A stretch of 64,000 nucleotides of DNA, taken from the IMG/VR virus record IMGVR_UViG_3300021958_000023, positions 109,520 to 173,519 of that record, one strand, 5' to 3'. The translations under genes were made by a program, and so were the position numbers. Below are positions 1 through 6,500 of the stretch, in pieces (position 1 is the stretch's first letter; each line of letters opens with the position of its first letter). The notes beneath the pieces were generated by a model. The model saw only the letters and a program-made list of their open reading frames with translations. It searched no databases and had not been told where the DNA came from. The stretch is from a virus. Taxonomy: Duplodnaviria; Caudoviricetes.

Positions 1-74
1 GCTAAATTCAAAGAACTGTTTTCTGCTAAAGCTAAGGAAGGGATAAGTGATAGTAGTAAAATAATCTTTTTCAT
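1..74 (-). CDS. Exported protein with Sec signal peptide (5' part only, runs off window edge)
   Basis: ATG at 74 preceded by AAGGAG; translates MKKIILLLSLIPSLALA-ENSSLNLA..., a typical signal peptide with ALA cleavage site; not in the ORF track. Confidence 0.7.
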   Translation of the reverse strand, partial: MKKIILLLSLIPSLALAENSSLNL

Positions 75-75
75 C

Positions 76-450
76 TTACTCCTTAAACTTAGAGCATATC
101 ATAGAAGATATACCACTACCTTTATTATCTGTTAGTTTTGACCTAGAACAAATATATTTTGCCCTATCTTTATCTTGTATTCTTATATAAACATCAAACT
201 TTACTCTTGATAAATAATCAACTTTTATTACTCTATAAGAAGTTACAAAAGGAATAGGGTTCCAGTCTTCATCAAAAACTGCTACTTCATAATACTTAAC
301 GTCAGCTCTTTTATTAAACATTTCCATCTCTGTGACTAAAAGATCTTCAATGTATGATAGTCTCCATTTTGGATATGTAGGTACCATTTCATGTGCTATC
401 ACAGAGAAAGGAATTATTAAGAATATTAGAAGTAATAAAAGTCTTTTCAT
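76..450 (-). CDS. Exported protein, possibly a PapD-N-like (pilus chaperone-like) Ig domain
   Basis: Likely start MKRLLLLL (450); signal peptide; mature N-terminus HEMVPTY...EMFNKRADVKYYEVAVFD resembles the start of periplasmic pilus chaperones; C-terminal Cys pair. Confidence 0.5.
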   Translation of the reverse strand: MKRLLLLLIFLIIPFSVIAHEMVPTYPKWRLSYIEDLLVTEMEMFNKRADVKYYEVAVFDEDWNPIPFVTSYRVIKVDYLSRVKFDVYIRIQDKDRAKYICSRSKLTDNKGSGISSMICSKFKE

Positions 451-451
451 T

Positions 452-952
452 TTACTGGGCAATACATACAGCTTCTACGTGCGCAGTATAAGTGCCTCCT
501 GGAAATGCTTTATTACCTCCATAAGTCGCGCTTGAACTTGATTTAAACCAAGTAGATCCTGTTGCGGTTAAATCGTACTGAGTTGTTTGACCAAATGTAG
601 TTTTATTTGTTTCATATGACCCCATGCCTGTAGCATCACTTAGTGAACTTACTTCTGTTGAACCAGTCCACGTAACTGTATCACTTAAAGATGGGCTAGA
701 TGAAAACTCAGTTGGAGTTGTAATCTGAGCATAATAGGCATCAGCAAGAGTTACATCATATCTAACAATAGGTTGTACACCACCATCTGTAGCTGTTGTT
801 GTTAGAGTATAGGCATTTGGGTTTCCATAAACACCCGGGGTGTCTACAGAAATAACACATCTAGATTGTACTGTTCCTTGAATAGGAACATTTTCTGCGT
901 AGGCAGAAACACTAAAAGTTAATAGTCCTAATATAATTAAATATTTTTTCAT
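452..952 (-). CDS. Exported fimbrial/pilin-like protein (chaperone-usher pilin/SCPU-like pattern)
   Basis: Start MKKYLIILG (952) after AGGAG; signal peptide ending AYA; N-terminal IQGTVQSRCVI and C-terminal PGGTYTAHVEAVC patterns typical of pilins; 166 aa, Thr/Ser/Gly-rich. Confidence 0.55.
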   Translation of the reverse strand: MKKYLIILGLLTFSVSAYAENVPIQGTVQSRCVISVDTPGVYGNPNAYTLTTTATDGGVQPIVRYDVTLADAYYAQITTPTEFSSSPSLSDTVTWTGSTEVSSLSDATGMGSYETNKTTFGQTTQYDLTATGSTWFKSSSSATYGGNKAFPGGTYTAHVEAVCIAQ

Positions 953-962
953 TATTATTCTC

Positions 963-1853
963 CTAATCATACTGCATTTCAATCATTTTTTCATGCAATA
1001 ATTGTTGTGCAAGGCCATTCCTCAATCCCTGCTTATTATCCTCTATCTTCTTATCGACCAATACTATAGTTTCTTTATACACTCCGCCAGGAATGCTGGC
1101 AGCATAATATGGATTTATTTGAACGGCTATGTTGATTGCCGCTAATATTTGAGACTGTGCTAGAGCTTCGGCAAATAGTGCAGAAGTATCTGCCGCTGAA
1201 AGAGCTTCTTCAAGTCTCATTTCTTTTTTATCTTCATCCTCTTCTTCGTCTTCAATCTTAGTCTCTGTTTCTTCATATAATTCTGTATCAGTTTCTGTAG
1301 TTGCTATTTGCACAGCTTCATCTTCAGAAGCATTATATATAATACTAACATCGATAACTGGTATTTCTGGTACTGGAACCTTATACCCTGGACAGTTAGG
1401 ATCAAATTGTGGGTCATAACAAGGATCTACCTTATACATATAAACCACACTAGGATCTGTAACAGAGCCACTACCTTCTACTTCAATAGACCCATCACCC
1501 CAAGACTGTCTTGGGATATTTGGAATAACGGGGACAACTTTTCTAATTTCTGTACCACCAAGAGATCCCGGATTCCACTCATCTGTCTCTCTAAATATAT
1601 AACCAGTGCCATTAGCGTTTTCATTTTGAATGTGAACGTTTACTGAATCATCAACATCTTTTTGAATTGTGTAATTATAAATTACTCCGTTAATGTCTAA
1701 TCCAGGCGGTGTCGGTAAAATATTATTCATAGACCAATTTAAACCTGATCCTGCAGCGTTTCCTGTAGTACCGTAATAAGAAGTTATACTCTCAGAGTAG
1801 CAATAAGAGGGTAAGCAAACCAATACCACCGTAAGTAGCTTTTTCCTTAACAT
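963..1853 (-). CDS. Exported hypothetical protein (beta-rich N-domain, DPCYDPQFDPNCPGY motif, acidic linker)
   Basis: ORF with signal peptide-like N-terminus and GGAG RBS; overlaps the upstream gene. Confidence 0.75.
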   Translation of the reverse strand: MLRKKLLTVVLVCLPSYCYSESITSYYGTTGNAAGSGLNWSMNNILPTPPGLDINGVIYNYTIQKDVDDSVNVHIQNENANGTGYIFRETDEWNPGSLGGTEIRKVVPVIPNIPRQSWGDGSIEVEGSGSVTDPSVVYMYKVDPCYDPQFDPNCPGYKVPVPEIPVIDVSIIYNASEDEAVQIATTETDTELYEETETKIEDEEEDEDKKEMRLEEALSAADTSALFAEALAQSQILAAINIAVQINPYYAASIPGGVYKETIVLVDKKIEDNKQGLRNGLAQQLLHEKMIEMQYD

Positions 1854-2331
1854 CAATTTTTTCTCCTGTGCCGTTCATTTCATGCTTATCGTCTGCTACA
1901 TGAGATTCCCAACCAATCTTTGCAGCCTCACCAATCTGCCCTTCATAAGGACACGGTGTTCCTGCCATCATCATAGCGTCAAATACTTGTTTATCTTGAC
2001 ACATGACAGAAACAGCAGCAACTTTCATGCCCATATCGTATAGTGTCTTCGCATTTTTAAGACGAATACAGTTTTCTTCTGTAAAAGTAGTACCGGCAGA
2101 AATGCCTAAGATTTGAGTTTGAACAGCTCCAGCAACACCGATTGTACATAAATCGCTATTGTTTCCAGAACTAAATTGTGGTGAAATTGCTGAGGGCGGA
2201 GGAGATTTAACTGTTGTAGTCATTTCTCCATTTGTTGTAACTGTACTATTTGTAGTAGACTCTGTTACAATTGTTTCTGCGAACGCAAAACTGCTATAGC
2301 TAAATAGCAATAAGAATATTAATTTTTTCAT
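1792..2331 (-). CDS. Exported Cys-containing protein with C-terminal hydrophobic anchor
   Basis: Signal peptide ending AFA; four Cys; C-terminal GGIGLLTLLLLL. Confidence 0.75.
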   Translation of the reverse strand: MKKLIFLLLFSYSSFAFAETIVTESTTNSTVTTNGEMTTTVKSPPPSAISPQFSSGNNSDLCTIGVAGAVQTQILGISAGTTFTEENCIRLKNAKTLYDMGMKVAAVSVMCQDKQVFDAMMMAGTPCPYEGQIGEAAKIGWESHVADDKHEMNGTGEKIDVKEKATYGGIGLLTLLLLL

Positions 2332-2355
2332 CCAGTACCATCCTATTATAAGTTA

Positions 2356-2517
2356 TCACTCAGATTTTATAACTGTCCAAGCTCCCCATATGATTGCTGC
2401 CCAAGCAGCCCATCCCATTAGTGATTGAAATAATAAAGAAACAACTCCTACAGCTATAAGCATTGCACCATCCCAAGAAGTTCTTTCACTAATTCTATTT
2501 TTAATCCAATTAATCAT
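2356..2517 (-). CDS. Small two-TM membrane protein, holin-like (53 aa)
   Basis: Read by hand: MINWIKNRISERTSWDGAMLIAVGVVSLLFQSLMGWAAWAAIIWGAWTVIKSE; AAGGA RBS; below ORF-track cutoff. Confidence 0.6.
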   Translation of the reverse strand: MINWIKNRISERTSWDGAMLIAVGVVSLLFQSLMGWAAWAAIIWGAWTVIKSE

Positions 2518-2535
2518 AATATACCATCCTTTATT

Positions 2536-2787
2536 TCATTTTCTATATGATCTTGTTTTCTTAGCTATTTTTTTAGGCTGTTTTACAAATTGTTTTCCTG
2601 ACTTTGAGCCTTTACGCTTTGCGGCATTAGTAGCACGCTTCTCACTAGGAGAAAGTGATTGCCAAGCAGCTTTTGGTAAATATCTACCACGTTTCTTACG
2701 AGGTTTTTTCTCTTCGCCTTTTGAAGAGTAACCCCATTCTTGACGAGTCCAATTTACTAAAGATTGTTGAGAAGGCTTCTTTGCCAT
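2536..2787 (-). CDS. Small basic protein (C-terminal half of DUF5872-like family)
   Basis: Motifs SLVNWTRQEW, RYLPKAAWQSLS, KQFVKQP. Confidence 0.7.
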   Translation of the reverse strand: MAKKPSQQSLVNWTRQEWGYSSKGEEKKPRKKRGRYLPKAAWQSLSPSEKRATNAAKRKGSKSGKQFVKQPKKIAKKTRSYRK

Positions 2788-2969
2788 TATCTATAACCTC
2801 CGCCAGCTTTTTTATAAGCAACAGCCAGCATTTGGGCTTTTCTAGCGCTCCATTGTCCAGGTGCGCCGCCTTTAGATCCTCGCTTAATTCTTTGGAAGAT
2901 TTGTTTTCTCATAGTAGGTTTTGTATAATTACCTGCTTGATTAACTTTAGATTTAGTTTTCTTTGGCAT
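2787..2969 (-). CDS. Small basic protein (N-terminal half of DUF5872-like family)
   Basis: Motif YTKPTMR...KGGAPGQWSARKAQMLAVAYKKAGGGY. Confidence 0.7.
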   Translation of the reverse strand: MPKKTKSKVNQAGNYTKPTMRKQIFQRIKRGSKGGAPGQWSARKAQMLAVAYKKAGGGYR

Positions 2970-2977
2970 ATCAATTC

Positions 2978-3442
2978 CTATTTTGTTATATTAAATCTTA
3001 GATTATCATGGTCTGGATAGTTTACTACAACCTTACCTTCAGGACAATCATAATGTATATAAGCAATTAGTGTTGCTAAACCTTCTGCTACTTTGTTTTG
3101 ATGATGTTCATCAATGGTAATTTTATATGCAAAAGTATCTACTTTATCTGTTGCGGGTCCCATAAATTTAGTAATACTTGGTTTTGCAGGATGAACAATA
3201 TGTTCACTATCTCTTACATCAAGAACAAAGTCTTCTACAGTACAGTCATCTCTATGTTTTTCTCTTGCAACCTCAACTTTGAATTCACCATTTACAGGGC
3301 CGTCAGTTATTTGAAAATGTTCAGGAGCCCAAGTAAGAATAGGATCTTCTATGCCTAGCTTATCATATAAAGTGTAACCGCCTCCGATTAGAGCAAATGT
3401 TGCTGTCACAACTCCAATACCTTTGGTAATGCTATCAATCAT
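2978..3442 (-). CDS. Hypothetical protein with N-terminal membrane anchor
   Basis: 154-aa ORF, TAATG-coupled to the upstream gene; hydrophobic N-terminus. Confidence 0.7.
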   Translation of the reverse strand: MIDSITKGIGVVTATFALIGGGYTLYDKLGIEDPILTWAPEHFQITDGPVNGEFKVEVAREKHRDDCTVEDFVLDVRDSEHIVHPAKPSITKFMGPATDKVDTFAYKITIDEHHQNKVAEGLATLIAYIHYDCPEGKVVVNYPDHDNLRFNITK

Positions 3443-4047
3443 TACTTTATAAATGCTCCTATTCTACCATGCAAATCTGGATGATCAACATATCTCCAAC
3501 CTTCTGGTGGTTCTGTATTTTCATCCTGCCATACAGGAACAAAATCTTCGTTGTCCCACTGAAAGTCTAAATTACGTCTAAGTTGACACTCAATTAACTT
3601 ATTACCTATAAACTCACAGTTTACATATTCATACGGTATATCATTAAGTAGATCTGGAAACCTCAATATTCTCTCTAAAGCTGGGAGATCATCTACTTTA
3701 CTCCATGCATCCCAGTACATTAACTCTTCAGGATCTTTAAACCCTTCAACACATAGAGTAATATTCTTCTTATAGTAGTCTACAGATAAATGTCTTCCTT
3801 CAAACCACTCACACCAGAAATATCCTATTGGTAAATCGTCAGTGTCTTTTTCTATCCAAATACGTTCTGCTCCATAACCTAAACCTATTAAATTCATTAT
3901 AGGTCTAACAATATACCATCCTGGTTGTGGAACATCAATTCCTACGGGGCCACACGTATACCCTAGTTTTTTAGAAAGTATGAGTTTGTCATATATCCAT
4001 ATATGCTCTGGAGATAACGTTGCCCATACTTCGTCTTCTGTATTCAC
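3442..4047 (-). CDS. Putative minimal ATP-grasp-fold protein
   Basis: Motifs YIVRPIMNLIGLGYGA, FWCEWFEGRHLSVDY, NCEFIGNKLIECQLR follow the ATP-grasp pattern. Confidence 0.5.
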   Translation of the reverse strand: MNTEDEVWATLSPEHIWIYDKLILSKKLGYTCGPVGIDVPQPGWYIVRPIMNLIGLGYGAERIWIEKDTDDLPIGYFWCEWFEGRHLSVDYYKKNITLCVEGFKDPEELMYWDAWSKVDDLPALERILRFPDLLNDIPYEYVNCEFIGNKLIECQLRRNLDFQWDNEDFVPVWQDENTEPPEGWRYVDHPDLHGRIGAFIK

Positions 4048-4220
4048 TTCTTTTTCTTTTTAGCTAAAATTGCTTTCTGTAGTGCAGGAGGTAGTTTCTT
4101 CTGTGCCGCAGACAAACCTCCACCGTTTACTTTTTTCTTAGCATCAGCTTTTTTAGAACTGTTTTTAGCCATAAAAGCTGGTTTACCATTCTTCATCGGC
4201 ATTTTTTTATGTTTAGCCAT
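4044..4220 (-). CDS. Small Lys-rich protein (58 aa)
   Basis: True start MAKHKK at 4220 after GGAGG; LSAAQKKLPPALQKAILAKKKKK. Confidence 0.75.
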   Translation of the reverse strand: MAKHKKMPMKNGKPAFMAKNSSKKADAKKKVNGGGLSAAQKKLPPALQKAILAKKKKK

Positions 4221-4238
4221 AATAACCTCCAAAATTAA

Positions 4239-4332
4239 GTCACAAGTGTGACGGTAATAAAATAGCGGAGACTCCGTCTCCGCGTTGTGCCACTCCGTGG
4301 CAGGTAGTTGCAACATAGCGGAAAGCCATGTT
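4239..4332 (-). ncRNA. Candidate structured leader or small RNA of four tandem hairpins
   Basis: Hairpins at 4312-4332, 4288-4302, 4265-4283 and 4239-4252; two share a C-GGA-G loop; GC-rich in an AT-rich context; lies downstream of a promoter. Confidence 0.5.
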
Positions 4333-4393
4333 CATTCTATGTTCAATTAAGTAAAAATGATATTTTATATTGATTGCATCTAAGTTCAAACTA

Positions 4394-4422
4394 ATAGTAA
4401 CACAAATTTCGATAGTTGACAA
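4394..4422 (-). promoter_or_regulatory. sigma70-type promoter
   Basis: TTGTCA-N17-TACTAT. Confidence 0.6.
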
Positions 4423-4433
4423 ACAGAAAAATT

Positions 4434-4634
4434 TTATTTTTTACGCTTTCGCTTACTCTTTCCGGCTGCTGATAAGGCAATCGCAATCGCCTGCTTTTGG
4501 CGAGCCTTTTTGTACGTTGTGCCTGATTTGGCAGCCATAGTGCGAATTGCTTTGTCACGACTTTTGGATGGTTTTTTGCGCATCAACTCTTTAATATTTT
4601 TACCTAAAGCGTTCTTACCTGTTTGTAGGGGCAT
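4434..4634 (-). CDS. Small basic protein (QAIAIALS motif)
   Basis: Likely start MPLQTGK (4634); very K/R-rich. Confidence 0.7.
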   Translation of the reverse strand: MPLQTGKNALGKNIKELMRKKPSKSRDKAIRTMAAKSGTTYKKARQKQAIAIALSAAGKSKRKRKK

Positions 4635-4956
4635 CTTCATCAAGCTCCACAACTAGTTCAATTAGATCTTCTTCACTCATCTCTTTTGACAAGTCATCAT
4701 CACTAATAGTTAGGGTAAAAGGCTCACCATCCTCTTCTTCTTCTGATGTTTCGACTTCAATGTCGTCAGAATAGAGTAGATAGTCTCTTGCTGAGTTTAA
4801 GTAGGCGCTACACACAGCAAGCTTGTTTGTCCACCAGGTTGGTAGTTCAGCTTCTGCGTCTTGTGGTAGCGCTTTTAAAATGTCTTGAGCATCTTCGCAG
4901 ATAGCTTGAACCATTCTACGAGACGATGCTACATCTGTGTGTCCATCTTTTTTCAT
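4615..4956 (-). CDS. Hypothetical protein with acidic C-terminus
   Basis: 113-aa ORF with GAGG RBS; LPTWWTNKLAVCSAYLNSARDY motif. Confidence 0.75.
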   Translation of the reverse strand: MKKDGHTDVASSRRMVQAICEDAQDILKALPQDAEAELPTWWTNKLAVCSAYLNSARDYLLYSDDIEVETSEEEEDGEPFTLTISDDDLSKEMSEEDLIELVVELDEDAPTNR

Positions 4957-5147
4957 TTTTTCCTCTTAAATCCAATTGGTTTAGAATACTTTACTGACCA
5001 TCCTTTGTCTCGTGCGCGAGAGATAAATGACTCTAGTTGTGCCTCAGTCAAGACGCCAGAAACGGCTCTGCGTCTTGTCTTTTCATCTCGTGCAATTCGA
5101 GGAGATGGCGGTCTTGTAAAAGTGAATTTTCCTTTTTTCTTTTTCAT
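4953..5147 (-). CDS. Small basic protein (64 aa)
   Basis: ORF directly downstream of a promoter; ATGA overlap with the next gene. Confidence 0.65.
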   Translation of the reverse strand: MKKKKGKFTFTRPPSPRIARDEKTRRRAVSGVLTEAQLESFISRARDKGWSVKYSKPIGFKRKK

Positions 5148-5152
5148 AGTTT

Positions 5153-5181
5153 ATTATATGATTCTATAGAGCGTTTTGCAA
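5153..5181 (-). promoter_or_regulatory. sigma70-type promoter (probably gives a leaderless mRNA)
   Basis: TTGCAA-N17-TATAAT, 5 nt before ATG, no SD. Confidence 0.65.
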
Positions 5182-5190
5182 ATGTAATTT

Positions 5191-6489
5191 TTAAACTTTT
5201 AGCACACACTCAACTAGCTTTTCTCCTTCTATAGAGTTAGATTCTAATGCAATTCCTACAAGAGATCCTGATCCGCTTGCTTTTCCAACTCCAGTATATG
5301 TAGTGTAAATTTTATCTCCCTTTTTTACTTCGCCTACTACACGAATCGGTAGACGACCTTTTAAGCCGAGATATTGACCTTCTGAATCAGAGTTCATCTT
5401 AAATGCTGGATACTCTGATACAACACCGATAGGAACTCCTGTTTCAGTACAAGCCTCTGTCTCAAAGAGTGAGAGCGTAGATACCATCATAATAGTTCCA
5501 ACTGGATACTCTTCATCTGTGGAGTATTTTTCTGCCAAGTCAGCATATTTTGCAGTGGTAGCTGTACCAAAAAACTCACCACTCGCATACATATTTCTAA
5601 ACTGACTACCAGAGGCTCCGACATCAATTGTTGCTGTAGTTGGTAGTAGGTTAACAGCAAAGTCAACAGAGTTTGTATCAATGCTCATGCGTTTTGTACC
5701 GCCAGCAGTAAATCCAATATCGTCTGATCCTTCACGGAATATGCCTGTATTAGTATCTGACTCAAAAGTAATTGATGGATCAGCAGCAGTTCCGTTAGCA
5801 AACTGAACACCGTCTAGTTGTAAAAATCCATCAGTCGCATTTAAAGCAATGTGCGCTGATGAAGAACCAATTAACACCGCATTAGAAAAGTAACCGTCAC
5901 GATAACGATATGACCAGTCTCCTAAATCAACAGTATTATCTGTAATTGGTTCTACTTTTGCATCTAGATATAAATGATGTGGTTTAACAGATCCAGGATA
6001 TGGAATACCAACATCAATAAAACCTGTTGAAGCTGAACCGTTTGAGGTTTTTAAGTATAAACGGTTATTAGCCGCTGCACCTAAACCAGATTCTGATACA
6101 CGTCTGATAGAAGCCTGTGTTGTATCACTTGAGTTTACTACAGCTACTAATTCTCCTAGTTCATAATTGCGCTGATCTGCGCCTCCTAGTGTATCCACAA
6201 AGCTTAGTGCAATTCCATAACGACTGAAGTTGTTACCAGGCCAATTAGACCCTGTAGGAGGTTTTGCATTAGCTACATCTTTGATAAATAGCCTACCGCC
6301 TTTAGAAGATCTCCAAAAAACTCCATTAGGAACAGTTCCAACTGTGCCTTCATCATTAAAATCTGCGCCTAGCGGTTGCTCTTCGCCATAGAAGTTTCTA
6401 CTGATTGCTCTTAAACTAGTATTAAAGTCATTTCTTGACAGAGCAACAGTTCTAGCAAAAGCAGGCAATAAAAACTGTTCGTTTGACAT
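5191..6489 (-). CDS. Tail fibre/spike protein with C-terminal intramolecular chaperone-like domain
   Basis: Fibre repeats (DGTAADPSITFESDTNTGIF-like); C-terminal ADLAEKY...PAFKMN...LKGRLPIRVVGEVKKGD; follows tail-tip genes. Confidence 0.7.
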   Translation of the reverse strand: MSNEQFLLPAFARTVALSRNDFNTSLRAISRNFYGEEQPLGADFNDEGTVGTVPNGVFWRSSKGGRLFIKDVANAKPPTGSNWPGNNFSRYGIALSFVDTLGGADQRNYELGELVAVVNSSDTTQASIRRVSESGLGAAANNRLYLKTSNGSASTGFIDVGIPYPGSVKPHHLYLDAKVEPITDNTVDLGDWSYRYRDGYFSNAVLIGSSSAHIALNATDGFLQLDGVQFANGTAADPSITFESDTNTGIFREGSDDIGFTAGGTKRMSIDTNSVDFAVNLLPTTATIDVGASGSQFRNMYASGEFFGTATTAKYADLAEKYSTDEEYPVGTIMMVSTLSLFETEACTETGVPIGVVSEYPAFKMNSDSEGQYLGLKGRLPIRVVGEVKKGDKIYTTYTGVGKASGSGSLVGIALESNSIEGEKLVECVLKV

Positions 6490-6500
6490 TTGTTTTCTCC

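Noticed and set aside
4239-4332. tRNA-like cloverleaf
   Set aside because: The hairpins are tandem, with no acceptor stem, T-loop (TTCRA) or D-loop signature.
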